Shown here piece after piece: positions 46,501 through 61,600 of a DNA stretch of 64,000 nucleotides. Numbering within the stretch: position 1 is the stretch's first letter; each line of letters starts with the position of its first letter. The stretch is from assembly GCF_964355755.1 (NCBI RefSeq), contig NC_092672.1:16368001-16432000 (forward strand), in the 5' to 3' direction. The notes beneath the pieces were generated by a model, which worked only from the letters and a program-made list of their open reading frames with translations, was not told the origin of the DNA and did no database searches. Position numbers and translations under genes: made by a program. Source of the DNA: Antedon mediterranea. Lineage: Eukaryota > Animalia > Echinodermata.

Positions 46501-49500
46501 TATCAGCGAGAGAGATAGATCAGCGAGAGAGAGATAGATCAGCGAGAGAGAGATAGATAGATCAGCGAGAGAGAACGAGATTGATCAGCGAGAGAGAGAT
46601 AGATAGATCAGCGAGAGAGAGATAGATCAGCGAGAGAGAGATAGATAGATCAGCGAGAGAGAGATAGATTAGCGAGAGAGAGATAGATAGATCAGCGAGA
46701 GAGAGAGATAGATCAGCGAGAGTGAGAGATAGATCAGCGAGAGAGAGAGAGAGAGAGATAGATCAGCGAGAGATAGATAGATAGATCAGCGAGAGAGAGA
46801 TAGATCAGCGACAGAGAGATAGATAGATCAGCGAGAGAGAGATAGATCAGCGAGAGAGAGAGATAGATCAGCGAGAAAGAGATAGATCAGCGACAGAGAT
46901 ATAGATCAGCGAGAGAGATAGATCAGCGATAGAGAGATAGATCAGCGAGAGAGAGAGATAGATCAGCGAGAGAGAGAGAGATAGATCAACGAGAGAGAGG
47001 TAGATCATCGAGCGAGAGATAGAACAGCGAGAGAGAGTTAGATCAGCGAGAGAGAGAGATATATCAGCGACAGAGAGATAGATCAGCGAGAGATAGATCA
47101 GCGAGAGAGAGAGATAGATCAGCGAGAGAGAGATAGATCAGCGAGAGAGAGAGAGATAGATAGATCAGCGAGAAAGAGAGATAGATCGGCGAGAGAGAGA
47201 TAGATAGATCAGCGAGAGAGAGATAGATCAGCGACAGAGAGATAGATAGATAAGCGAGAGAGAGATAGATCAGCGAGAGAGAGAGATAGATAGATCAGCG
47301 AGAGAGAGATAGATCAGCGACAGAGAGATAGATCAGCGAGAGAGATAGATCAGCGAGAGAGAGATAGATCAGCGAGAGAGAGATAGATCAGCGAGAGAGA
47401 GGTAGATCAGCGAGCGAGAGATAGATCAGCGAGAGAGAGATAGATCAGCGAGAGAGAGATAGATCAGCGAGAGAGAGAGATAGATCAGTGAGAGAGAGAT
47501 AGATCAGCGAGAGCGAGAGATAGATCAGCGAGAGAGAGATAGATCAGCGAGAGAGAGAGATAGATAGATCAGTGAGAGAGAGATAGATCAGCGAGAGAGA
47601 GATAGATAGATCAGCGAGAGAGAGAGATAGATCAGCGACAGAGAGATAGATAGATCAGCGAGAGAGAGATAGATCAGCGAGAGAGAGATAGATAGATCAG
47701 CGAGAGAGATATAGATCAGCGACATAGAGATAGATCAGCGAGAGAGATAGATCAGCGCGAGAGATAGATCAGCGAGAGAGAGATAGATCAACGAGAGAGA
47801 GATAGATCAGCGAGAGAGATAGATCAGCCAGAGAGAGATAGATCAGCGAGAGAGAGAGAGAGATAGATCAGCGAGAGAGAGATAGATCAGCGAGAGAGAG
47901 ATAGATCAGCGAGAGAGAGATAGATCAGTGAGAGAGAGATAGATCAGCGAGAGAGAGATAGATCAGCGAGAGAGAGAGAGATCAGCGAGAGAGATAGATC
48001 AGCGAGAGAGAGATATATCAGCGAGAGAGAGATAGATCAGCGAGAGAGATAGATCAGCGAGAGAGAAATAGATCAGCGAGAGAGAGATAGATCAGCGAGA
48101 GAGAGAGAGATAGATAGATCAGCAAAAGAGAGAGAGATAGATAGATAAGCGAGAGAGAGAGATAGATAGATCAGCGAGAGAGAGAGAGAGAGATCAGCGA
48201 GAGAGAGATAGATAGATCAGCGAGAGAGAGAGATAGTTAGATCAGCGAGAGAGAGAGATAGATCAGCGAGAGAGAGATAGATATATCAGCGAGAGAGAGA
48301 GAGAGCGATAGATCAGAGAGAGAGAGAGAGATAGATCAGCGAGAGATAGAGATAGATAGATCAGCGAGAGAGAGAGAGAGATCAGCGAGAGAGAGATAGA
48401 TAGATCAGCGAGAGAGAGAGATAGTTAGATCAGCGAGAGAAAGAGAGATAGATCAGCGAGAGAGAGAGAGATAGATAGATCAGCGAGAGAGAAATAGATC
48501 AGAGAGAGAGAGAGAGATAGATCAGAGAGAGAGAGATAGATCAGCGAGAGAGAGATAGATCAGCGAGAGAGAGATAGATCAGTGAGAGAGAGATAGATCA
48601 GCGAGAGAGAGATAGATCAGCGAGTGAGAGATAGATCAGCGAGAGAGAGATAGATCAGCGAGAGAGAGATAGATCAGCGAGAGAGAGAGATAGATCAGCG
48701 AGAGAGATAGATCAGCGAGAGAGTGATAGATCAGCGAGAGAGAGAGATCAGCGAGAGAGAGATAGATCAGCGAGAGAGATAGATCAGCGGGAGAGAGATA
48801 GATCAGCGAGAGAGAGAGATAGATGAGCGAGAGAGAGATAGATATATCAGCGAGAGATAGATAGATCAGCGAGAGAGAGATAGATAGATCAGCGAGAGAG
48901 AGATAGATCAGCGAGAGAGAGATAGATAGATCAACGAGAGAGAGATAGATCAGCGAGAGAGAGATAGATAGATCAGCGAGAGAAAGATAGATCAGCGAGA
49001 GAGAGAGAGATAGATAGATCAGCGAGAGAGAGATAGATCAGCGAGAGATAGATAGATCAGCCAGAGAGAGATAGATCAGCGAGAGAGAGATAGATCAGCG
49101 AGAGAAAGATAGATCAGCGAGAGAGAGATAGATCAGCGAGAGAGAGATATATCAGCGAGAGAGAGATAGATCAGCGAGAGAGAGATAGATCAGCGAGAGA
49201 GATAGATCAGCGACAGAGAGATAGATCAGCGAGAGAGAGAGAGATATATAGGCGGGAGAGAGATATATCAGCGAGAGAGAGATAGATCAGCGAGAGAGAT
49301 AGATCAGCGAGAGAGATAGATCAGCGTGAAAGATATAGATCAGCGAGAGAGAGATAGATCAGCGAGAGAGAGATAGATCAGCGAGAGAGATAGATAGATT
49401 AGCGAGAGAGATAGATCAGCGAGGGAGAGATAGATCAGCGAGAGAGAGATAGATCAGCGAGAGAGAGATAGATCAGCGAGAAAGAGATAGATCAGCGAGA

Positions 49501-52500
49501 GAGAGAGATAGATCAGCGAGAGAGAGATAGATCAGCAAGAGAGAGATAGATCAGCGGGAGAGAGATAGATCAGCTCGAGAGAGATAGATCAGCGAGAGAG
49601 AGAGAGATAGATCAGCGAGAGATAGATAGATCAGCGAGAGAGATAGATCAGCGAGAGAGAGATAGATCAGGGAGAGAGAGATAGATCAGCGAGAGAGAGA
49701 TAGATCAGCGAGAGAGAGATAGATCAGCGAGAGAGAGATAGATCAGCGAGAGAGAGAGATAGATCAGCGAGAGAGAGAGATAGATCAGCGAGAGAGAGAG
49801 ATAGATCAGCGAGAGAGAGATAGATCAGCGAGAGAGAGATATATCAGCGAGAGAGAGATAGATCAGCGAGAGAGAGATAGATCAGCTTGAGAGAGATAGA
49901 TCAGCTTGAGAGAGATAGATCAGCCAGAGAGAGATAGATAGATCAGCGAGAGAGATAGAGAGAGATAGATCAGCGAGAGAGAGATAGATCAGCGAGAGAG
50001 AGAGATAGATCAGCGAGAGAGAGATAGATCAGCGAGAGAGAGATAGATCAGCGTGAGAGAGATATATCAGCGAGAGAGAGATAGATCAGGGAGAGAGAGA
50101 TAGATCAGCGAGAGAGAAAGAGAGAGATAGATCAGCGAGAGAGAGATAGATTAGCGAGAGAGAGATAGATAGATCAACGAGAGAGAGATAGATCAGCAAG
50201 AAAGAGATAGATCAGCGAGAGAAAGATAGATCAGCGAGAGAGAGATTGATCAGCGAGAGAGAGATAGATCAGCGAGAGAGAGATAGATCAGCGAGAAAGA
50301 GATAGATCAGCGAGAGAGAGAGATAGATCAGCGAGAGAGAGGTACATCAGCGAGAGAGAGATAGATAGATCAGAGAGAGAGACAGCGATAGATCAGCGAG
50401 AGAGAGATAGATAGATCAGCTTGAGAGACAGAGATAGATCAGCGAGGGAGAGAGATAGATCAGCGAGAGAGAGATAGATCGAGGAGAGAGAGATAGATCA
50501 GCGAGAGAGAGATAGATCAGCGAGAGAGAGATAGATCAGCGAGAGAGAGATAGATCAGCGAGAGAGAGAGATAGATCAGCGAGAGAGAGAGAAAGATCAG
50601 CGAGAGAGAGATAGATCAGCAAGAGAGATAGATCATCGAGAGAGATAGATCAGCGAGAGAGAGATAGATCAGCGAGAGAGAGATAGATAAGCGAGAGAGA
50701 GATAGATCAGCGAGAGAGAGATATATCAGCGAGAGAGAGATAGATCAGCGAGAGAGAGATAGATCAGCGAGAGAGATAGATCAGCGAGAGAGAGAGAGAT
50801 AGATCAGCGAGAGAGAGATAGGTCAGCGAGAGAGAGAGATAGATCAGCGAGAGAGAGATAGATCAGCGAGAGAGATAGATCAGCGAGAGAGAGATAGATC
50901 AGCGAGAGAGATATAGATCAGCGAGAGAGAAATAGATCAGCGTGAGAGATAGATAGGTCAGCGAGAGAGAGATAGATCAGCGAGAGAGAGAGATAGATAG
51001 ATCAGCGAGAGAGAGATAGATCAGCGAGAGAGAGATAGATAGATCAGCGAGAGAGAGATAGATCAGGGAGAGAGAGAGAGATTTATCAGCGAGAGAGAGA
51101 TAGATCAGCGAGAGAGAGATAGATCAGCGAGAGAGAGATAGATAGATCAGCGAGAGAGAGAGATTGATCAGCGAGAGAGAGATAGATAGATCAGCGAGAG
51201 AGAGAGATAGATCAGCGAGAGAGAGATAGATAGATCAGCGAGAGAGAGAGATAGATTAGCGAGAGAGAGATAGATAGATCAGCGAGAGAGAGAGAGATAG
51301 ATCAGCGAGAGAGAGAGATAGATCAGCGAGAGAGAGAAAGAGAGAGATAGATCAGCGAGAGATAGATAGATAGATCAGCGAGAGAGACATAGATCAGCGA
51401 CAGAGAGATAGATAGATCAGCGACAGAGAGATAGATCAGCGAGAGAGAGAGATAGATCAGCGAGAAAGAGATAGATCAGCGACAGAGATATAGATCAGCG
51501 AGAGAGATAGATCAGCGATAGAGAGATAGATCAGCGAGAGAGAGAGATAGATCAGCGAGAGAGAGAGAGAGATAGATCAACGAGAGAGAGGTAGATCAGT
51601 GAGCGAGAGATAGAACAGCGAGAGAGAGTTAGATCAGCGAGAGAGAGAGATATATCAGCGACAGAGAGATAGATCAGCGAGAGATAGATCAGCGAGAGAG
51701 AGAGATAGATCAGCGAGAGAGAGATAGATCAGCGAGAGAGAGAGATAGATAGATCAACGAGAGAGAGAGATAGATCGGCGAGAGAGAGATAGATAGATCA
51801 GCGAGAGAGACATAGATCAGCGACAGAGAGATAGATAGATCAGCGAGAGAGAGATAGATCAGCGAGAGAGAGAGATAGATAGATCAGCGAGAGAGATAGA
51901 TCAGCCAGAGGGAGATAGATCAGCCAGAGAGAGAGATAGATCAGCGTGAGAGAGATAGATCAGCGAGAGAGAGATAGATCAGCGAGAGAGAGAGATAGAT
52001 CAGCGAGAGATATAGATCAGCGAGAGAGAGATAGATCAGCGAGAGAGAGATAGATCAGCGAGAGAGAGATAGATCAGCGAGAGCGAGAGATAGATAGATC
52101 AGCGAGAGAGAAATAGATCAGGGACAGAGAGATAGATAGATCAGCGAGAGAGAGATAGATCTGCGAGAGAGAGATAGATAGATCAGCGAGAGAGATATAG
52201 ATCAGCGAGAGACAGAGATAGATAGATCAGCGAGAGAGAGATTGATCAGCGAGAGAGAGATAGATAGATCAGCGAGAGAGAGATAGATCAGCGAGAGAGA
52301 GATAGATAGATCAGCGAGAGAGAGATAGATCAGCGAGAGAGAGATATATCAGCGAGAGAGAGATAGATCAGCGAGAGAGAGATAGATCAGCGAGAGAGAG
52401 AGAGAGATAGATCAGCGAGAGAGAGATAGATCAGCGAGAGAGAGATAGATAGATCAGCGAGAGAGAGAGATAGATCAGCGAGAGAGAGATAGATAGATCA

Positions 52501-55500
52501 GCGAGAGAGAGAGAGATAGATAAGCGAGAGAGAGATATATAGATCAGCGAGAGAGAGATAGATCAGCGAGAGAGAGATAGATCAGCGAGAGAGAGATTGA
52601 TCAGCGAGAGAGAGATAGATCAGCGAGAGAGAGATAGATCAGCGAGAGAGAGATTGATCAGCGAGAGAGAAATAGATCAGCGACAAAGAAATAGATCAGC
52701 GAGAGAGATAGATCAGCGAGAGAGAGATAGATCAGCGAAAGAGAGATAGATCAGCGAGAGAGAGATAGATCAGCGAGAGAGAGATAGATCAGCGAGAGAG
52801 AGAGATAGATCAGCGAGAGAGAGATAGATCAGCGAGAGAGAGAGATAGATAGATCAGCGAGAGAGAGATAGATCAGCGAGAGAGAGAGATAGATAGATCA
52901 GCGAGAGAGAGATAGATCAGGGAGAGAGAGAGAGATATATCAGCGAGAGAGAGATAGATCAGCGAGAGAGAGATAGATCAGCGAGAGAGAGAGATAGATC
53001 AGCGAGAGAGAGATAGATCAGCGAGAGAGAGATAGATAGATCAGCGAGAGAGAGAGATTGATCAGCGAGAGAGAGATAGATAGATCAGCGAGAGAGAGAG
53101 ATAGATCAGCGAGAGAGAGATAGATAGATCAGCGAGAGAGAGAGATAGATTAGCGAGAGAGAGATAGATAGATCAGCGAGAGAGAGAGATCGATCAGCGA
53201 GAGAGAGAGAGATAGATCAGCGAGAGAGAGAGAGAGAGATAGATCAGCGAGAGATAGATAGATAGATCAGCGAGAGAGAGATAGATCAGCGACAGAGAGA
53301 TAGATAGATCAGCGAGAGAGAGAGAGATAGATCAGCGAGAGAGATAGATCAGCGAGAGAGAGATAGATCAGCGAGAGCGAGAGATAGATCAGCGAGAGAG
53401 AGATAGATCAGCGAGAGAGAGAGATAGATAGATCAGCGAGAGACAGATAGATCAGCGAGAGAGAGATAGATAGATCAGCGAGAGAGAGAGATAGATCAGC
53501 GACAGAGAGATAGATAGATCAGCGAGAGAGAGATAGATCAGCGAGAGAGAGATAGATAGATCAGCGAGAGAGATATAGATCAGCGACATAGAGATAGATC
53601 AGCGAGAGAGATAGATCAGCGAGAGAGATAGATCAGCGAGAGAGAGATAGATCAACGAGAGAGAGATAGATCAGCGAGAGAGATAGATCAGCGAGAGAGA
53701 GATAGATCAGCGAGAGAGAGAGAGAGATAGATCAGCGAGAGAGAGATAGATCAGCGAGAGAGAGATAGATCAGCGAGAGAGAGATAGATCGGTGAGAGAG
53801 AGATAGATCAGCGAGAGAGAGATAGATCAGCAAGAGAGAGAGAGATCAGCGAGAGAGATAGATCAGCGAGAGAGAGATATATCAGCGAGAGAGAGATAGA
53901 TCAGCGAGAGAGATAGATCAGCGAGAGAGAAATAGATCAGCGAGAGAGAGATAGATCAGCGAGAGAGAGAGATAGATAGATCAGCGAGAGAGAGAGAGAT
54001 AGATAGATAAGCGAGAGAGAGATAGATAGATCAGCGAGAGAGAGAGAGAGAGATCAGCGAGAGAGAGATAGATAGATCAGCGAGAGAGAGAGATAGTTAG
54101 ATCAGCGAGAGAGAGAGATAGATCAGCGAGAGAGAGATAGATATATCAGCGAGAGAGAGAGAGCGATAGATCAGAGAAAGAGAGAGAGAGATAGATCAGC
54201 GAGAGATAGAGATAGATAGATCAGCGAGAGAGAGAGAGAGATCAGCGAGAGAGAGATAGATAGATCAGCGAGAGAGAGAGATAGTTAGATCAACGAGAGA
54301 AAAAGAGATAGATCAGCGAGAGAGAGAGATAGATAGATCAGCGAGAGAGAAATAGATCAGAGAGAGAGAGAGAGAGATAGATCAGAGAGAGAGATAGATC
54401 AGCGAGAGAGAGATAGATCAGCGAGAGAGAGATAGATCAGTGAGAGAGAGATAGATCAGCGAGAGAGAGATAGATCAGCGAGTGAGAGATAGATCAGCGA
54501 GAGAGAGATAGATCAGCGAGAGAGAGATAGATCAGCGAGAGAGAGATAGATCAGCGAGAGAGAGATAGATCAGCGAGAGAGTGATAGATCAGCGAGAGAG
54601 AGAGATCAGCGAGAGAGAGATAGATCAGCGAGAGAGATAGATCAGCGGGAGAGAGATAGATCAGCGAGAGAGAGAGATAGATGAGCGAGAGAGAGATAGA
54701 TATATCAGCGAGAGATAGATAGATCAGCGAGAGAGAGATAGATAGATCAGCGAGAGAGAGATAGATCAGCGAGAGAGAGATAGATAGATCAACGAGAGAG
54801 AGATAGATCAGCGAGAGAGAGATAGATAGATCAGCGAGAGAAAGATAGATCAGCGAGAGAGAGAGAGAGATAGATAGATCAGCGAGAGAGAGATAGATCA
54901 GCGAGAGATAGATAGATCAGCCAGAGAGAGATAGATCAGCGAGAGAGGGATAGATCAGCGGGAGAGATAGATCAGCGAGAGAGAGATAGATCAGCAAGAG
55001 AGAGGTAGATCAGTGAGAGAGAGATAGATCAGCGAGAGAGAGATAGATCAGCGAGAGAGATATAGATCAGTGAGAGAGAGATAGATCAGCGAGAGATAGA
55101 TAGATAGATCAGCGAGAGAGAGATAGATAGATCAGCGAGAGAGAGATAGATAGATCAGCGAGAGAGAGATAGATCAGCGAGAGAGAGATAGATAGATCAG
55201 CGAGAGATAGAGATAGATAGATCAGCGAGAGAGAGAGATAGATAGATCAGCTAGAGAGAGAGAGATAGAGATCAGCGAGAGAGAGATAGATAGATCAGCG
55301 AGAGAGAGAGAGATAGTTAGATCAGCGAGAGAGCGAGAGATAGATCAGTGAGAGAGAGATAGATAGATCAGCGAGAGAGAGAGATAGATCAGAGAGAGAG
55401 AGATAGATCAGAGAGAGAGAGAGATAGATCAGCGAGAGAGAGATAGATCAGCGAGAGAGAGAGATAGATCAATGAGAGAGAGATAGATCAGCGAGAGAGA

Positions 55501-55616
55501 GATAGATCAGCGATAGAGAGATAGATCAGCGAGAGAGATAGATCAGCGGGAGAGAGATAGATCAGCGAGAGAGAGATAGATCAGCGAGAGAGAGATAGAT
55601 CAGTGAGAGAGATAGA

Positions 55617-55647
<31 letters not shown>

Positions 55648-58600
55648 TCAGCAAGAGAGAGATAGATCAGCGAGAGAGATAGATCAGCGAGAGAGAGATA
55701 GATCAGCGAGAGAGAGATAGATCAGTGAGAGAGAGATAGATCAGCGAGAGAGAGATAGATCAGCGAGAGAGAGATAGATCAGCGAGAGAGAGATAGATCA
55801 GCGAGAGAGAGATAGATCAGCGAGAGAGAGAGATAGATCAGCGAGAGAGAGATAGATCAGCGAGAGAGAGATATATCAGCGAGAGAGATAGATCAGCGAG
55901 AGAGAGAGATAGATCAGCGAAAGAGAGATAAATCAGCGAGAGAGAGATAGATCAGCGAGAGAGAGATAGATCAGCGAGAGAGAGATAGATCAGCGAGAGA
56001 GAGAGATAGATAAGCGAGAGAGAGATAGATCAGCGAGAGAGAGATAGATCAGCGAGAAAGAGAGAGAGAGATAGATCAGCGAGAGAGAGATAGATCAGCG
56101 AGAGAGAGATAGATCAGCGAGAGAGAGATAGATCAGCGAGAGAGAGATATATCAGCGGGAGAGAGATAGATCAGCGAGAGAGAGAGATAGATCAGCGATA
56201 GAGAGGATAGATCAGCGAGAGAGAGAGATAGATCAGCGAGAGAGAGATTGATCAGCGAGAGAGAGATAGATCAGCGAGAGAGAGATAGATCAGCGAGAGA
56301 GAGATAGATCAGCGAGAGAGAGATAGATCAGTGAGAGAGAGATAGATCAGCGAGAGAGAGATAGATCAGCGAGAGAGAGATAGATCAGCGAGAGAGAGAT
56401 AGATCAGCGAGAGAGAGATATATCAACGAGAGAGAGAGAGATATTTCAGCGAGAGAGAGATATTTCAGCGAGAGAGAGATAGATCAGCGAGAGAGAGATA
56501 GATCAGCGAGAGAGAGATAGATCAGCGAGAGAGAGATAGATCAGCCAGAGGGAGATAGATCAGCCAGAGAGAGATAGATCAGCGTGAGAGAGATAGATCA
56601 GCGAGAGAGAGATAGATCAGCGAGAGAAAGAGATAGGTCAGCAAGAGAGAGATAGATCAGCGAGAGAGAGATAGATCAGCGAGAGAGAGAGATAGATCAG
56701 CGAGAGGGAGATAGATCAGCGAGAGCGAGAGATAGATAGATCAGTGAGATAGAGATAGATCAGCGAGAGAGAGAGATAGATCAGCGAGAGAGAGATAGAT
56801 CAGGGACAGAGAGATAGATAGATCAGCGAGAGAGAGATAGATCTGCGAGAGAGAGATAGATAGATCAGCGAGAGAGATATAGATCAGCGTGAGAGATAGA
56901 TAGGTCAGCGAGAGAGAGATAGATCAGCGAGAGAGAGAGATAGATAGATCAGCGAGAGAGAGATAGATCAGCGAGAGAGAGATAGATAGATCAGCGAGAG
57001 AGAGATAGATCAGGGAGAGAGAGAGATATATATCAGCGAGAGAGAGATAGATCAGCGAGAGAGAGATAGATCAGCGAGAGAGAGAGATAGATCAGCGAAA
57101 GAGAGATAGATCAGCGAGAGAGAGATAGATAGATCAGCGAGAGAGAGAGATTGATCAGCGAGAGAGAGATAGATAGATCAGCGAGAGAGAGAGATAGATC
57201 AGCGAGAGAGAGATAGATAGATCAGCGAGAGAGAGAGATAGATTAGCGAGAGAGAGATAGATAGATCAGCGAGAAAGAGAGATAGATCAGCGAAAGAGAG
57301 AGATAGATCAGCGAGAGAGAGAGAGAGAGAGAGATAGATCAGCGAGAGATAGATAGATAGATCAGCGAGAGAGACATAGATCAGCGACAGAGAGATAGAT
57401 AGATCAGCGACAGAGAGATAGATCAGCGAGAGAGAGAGATAGATCAGCGAGAAAGAGATAGATCAGCGACAGAGATATAGATCAGCGAGAGAGATAGATC
57501 AGCGATAGAGAGATAGATCAGTGAGAGAGAGAGATAGATCAGCGAGAGAGAGAGAGATAGATCAACGAGAGAGAGGTAGATCAGCGAGCGAGAGATAGAA
57601 CAGCTAGAGAGAGTTAGATCAGCGAGAGAGAGAGAGATATATCAGCGACAGAGAGATAGATCAGCGAGAGATAGATCAACGAGAGAGAGAGATAGATCAG
57701 CGAGAGAGAGATAGATCAGCGAGAGAGAGAGAGATAGATAGATCAACGAGAGAGAGATAGATCAGCGAGAGAGAGATAGATAGATCAGCGAGAGAGAGAG
57801 ATAGATAGATCAGCGAGTGAGAGATAGATCAGCAAGAGAGAGATAGATCAGCGAGAGAAAGAGATAGGTCAGCAAGAGAGAGATAGATCAGCGAGAGAGA
57901 GATAGATCAGCGAGAGAGAGAGATAGATCAGCGAGAGGGAGATAGATCAGCGAGAGCGAGAGATAGATAGATCAGCGAGATAGAGATAGATCAGCGAGAG
58001 AGAGAGAGATAGATCAGCGAGAGAGAGATAGATCAAGGACAGAGAGATAGATAGATCAGCGAGAGAGAGATAGATCTGCGAGAGAGAGATAGATAGATCA
58101 GCGAGAGAGATATAGATCAGCGTGAGAGATAGATAGGTCAGCGAGAGAGAGATAGATCAGCGAGAGAGAGAGATAGATAGATCAGCGAGAGAGAGATAGA
58201 TCAGCGAGAGAGAGATAGATAGATCAGCGAGAGAGAGATAGATCAGGGAGAGAGAGAGAGATTTATCAGCGAGAGAGAGATAGATCAGCGAGAGAGAGAT
58301 AGATCAGCGAGAGAGAGAGATAGATCAGCGAGAGAGAGATAGATCAGCGAGAGAGAGATAGATAGATCAGCGAGAGAGAGAGATTGATCAGCGAGAGAGA
58401 GATAGATAGATCAGCGAGAGAGAGAGAGATAGATCAGCGAGAGAGAGATAGATAGATCAGCGAGAGAGAGAGATAGATTAGCGAGAGAGAGATAGATAGA
58501 TCAGCGAGAGAGAGAGAGATAGATCAGCGAGAGAGAGAGATAGATCAGCGAGAGAGAGAGAGAGAGAGAGATAGATCAGCGAGAGATAGATAGATAGATC

Positions 58601-61600
58601 AGCGAGAGAGACATAGATCAGCGACAGAGAGATAGATAGATCAGCGACAGAGAGATAGATCAGCGAGAGAGAGAGATAGATCAGCGAGAAAGAGATAGAT
58701 CAGCGACAGAGATATAGATCAGCGAGAGAGATAGATCAGCGATAGAGAGATAGATCAGCGAGAGAGAGAGATAGATCAGCGAGAGAGAGAGAGAGATAGA
58801 TCAACGAGAGAGAGGTAGATCAGCGAGCGAGAGATAGAACAGCGAGAGAGAGTTAGATCAGCGAGAGAGAGAGATATATCAGCGACAGAGAGATAGATCA
58901 GCGAGAGATAGATCAGCGAGAGAGAGAGATAGATCAGCGAGAGAGAGATAGATCAGCGAGAGAGAGAGAGATAGATAGATCAACGAGAGAGAGAGATAGA
59001 TCGGCGAGAGAGAGATAGATAGATCAGCGAGAGAGACATAGATCAGCGACAGAGAGATAGATAGATCAGCGAGAGAGAGATAGATCAGCGAGAGAGAGAG
59101 ATAGATAGATCAGCGAGAGAGATAGATCAGCCAGAGGGAGATAGATCAGCCAGAGAGAGAGATAGATCAGCGTGAGAGAGATAGATCAGCGAGAGAGAGA
59201 TAGATCAGCGAGAGAGAGAGATAGATCAGCGAGAGATATAGATCAGCGAGAGAGAGATAGATCAGCGAGAGAGAGATAGATCAGCGAGAGAGAGATAGAT
59301 CAGCGAGAGCGAGAGATAGATAGATCAGCGAGAGAGAAATAGATCAGCGAGAGAGAGAGATAGATCAGCGAGAGAGAGATAGATCAGGGACAGAGAGATA
59401 GATAGATCAGCGAGAGAGAGATAGATCTGCGAGAGAGAGATAGATAGATCAGCAAGAGAGATATAGATCAGCGAGAGAGAGAGATAGATAGATCAGCGAG
59501 AGAGAGATTGATCAGCGAGAGAGAGATAGATAGATCAGCGAGAAAGAGATAGATCAGCGAGAGAGAGATAGATAGATCAGCGAGAGAGAGATAGATCAGC
59601 GAGAGAGAGATATATCAGCGAGAGAGAGATAGATCAGCGAGAGAGAGATAGATCAGCGAGAGAGAGAGAGAGATAGATCAGCGAGAGAGAGATAGATCAG
59701 CGAGAGAGAGATAGATAGATCAGCGAGAGAGAGAGATAGATCAGCGAGAGAGAGATAGATAGATCAGCGAGAGAGAGAGATAGATAAGCGAGAGAGAGAT
59801 ATATAGATCAGCGAGAGAGAGATAGATCAGCGAGAGAGAGATAGATCAGCGAGAGAGAGATTGATCAGCGAGAGAGAGATAGATCAGCGAGAGAGAGATA
59901 GATCAGCGAGAGAGAGATTGATCAGCGAGAGAGAAATAGATCAGCGACAAAGAAATAGATCAGCGAGAGAGATAGATCAGCGAGAGAGAGATAGATCAGC
60001 GAAAGAGAAATAGATCAGCGAGAGAGAGATAGATCAGCGAGAGAGAGATAGATCAGCGAGAGAGAGAGATAGATCAGCGAGAGAGAGATAGATCAGCGAG
60101 AGAGAGAGATAGATAGATCAGCGAGAGAGAGATAGATCAGCGAGAGAGAGATAGATAGATCAGCGAGAGAGAGATAGATCAGGGAGAGAGAGAGAGATAT
60201 ATCAGCGAGAGAGAGATAGATCAGCGAGAGAGAGATAGATCAGCGAGAGAGAGAGATAGATCAGCGAGAGAGAGATAGATCAGCGAGAGAGAGATAGATA
60301 GATCAGCGAGAGAGAGAGATTGATCAGCGAGAGAGAGATAGATAGATCAGCGAGAGAGAGAGATAGATCAGCGAGAGAGAGATAGATAGATCAGCGAGAG
60401 AGAGAGATAGATTAGCGAGAGAGAGATAGATAGATCAGCGAGAGAGAGAGAGATCGATCAGCGAGAGAGAGAGAGATAGATATGCGAGAGAGAGAGAGAG
60501 AGAGAGAGAGATAGATCAGCGAGAGATAGATAGATAGATCAGCGAGAGAGAGATAGATCAGCGACAGAGAGATAGATAGATCAGCGAGAGAGAGATAGAT
60601 CAGCGAGAGAGAGAGATAGATCAGCGAGAAAGAGATAGATCAGCGACAGAGATATAGATCAGCGAGAGAGATAGATCAGCGACAGAGATATAGATCAGCG
60701 AGAGAGATAGATCAGCGATAGAGAGATAGATCAGCGAGAGAGAGAGATAGATCAGCGAGAGAGAGAGAGAGATAGATCAACGAGAGAGAGGTAGATCAGC
60801 GAGCGAGAGATAGAACAGCGAGAGAGAGTTAGATCAGCGAGAGAGAGAGAGATATATCAGCGACAGAGAGATAGATCAGCGAGAGATAGATCAGCGAGAG
60901 AGAGAGATAGATCAGCAAGAGAGAGATAGATCAGCGAGAGAGAGAGAGATAGATAGATCAGCGAGAGAGAGAGATAGATCGGCGAGAGAGAGATAGATAG
61001 ATCAGCGAGAGAGAGATAGATCAGCGACAGAGAGATAGATAGATCAGCGAGAGAGAGATAGATCAGCGAGAGAGAGAGATAGATAGATCAGCGAGAGAGA
61101 GATAGATCAGCGACAGAGAGATAGATCAGCGACAGAGATAGATCAGCGAGAGAGATAGATCAGCGAGAAAGAGATAGATCAGCGAGAAAGAGGTAGATCA
61201 GCGAGCGAGAGATAGATCAGCGAGAGAGAGATAGATCAGCGAGAGAGAGATAGATCAGCGAGAGAGATAGATCAGCGAGAGAGAGATAGATCAGCGAGAG
61301 CGAGAGATAGATCAGCGAGAGAGAGATAGATCAGCGAGAGAGAGAGATAGATAGATCAGCGAGAGACAGATAGATCAGCGAGAGAGAGATAGATAGATCA
61401 GCAAGAGAGAGAGATAGATCAGCGACAGAGAGATAGATAGATCAGCGAGAGAGAGATAGATCAGCGAGAGAGAGATAGATAGATCAGCGAGAGAGATATA
61501 GATCAGCGACATAGAGATAGATCAGCGAGAGAGATAGATCAGCAAGAGAGATAGATCAGCGAGAGAGAGAGATAGATCAACGAGAGAGAGATAGATCAGC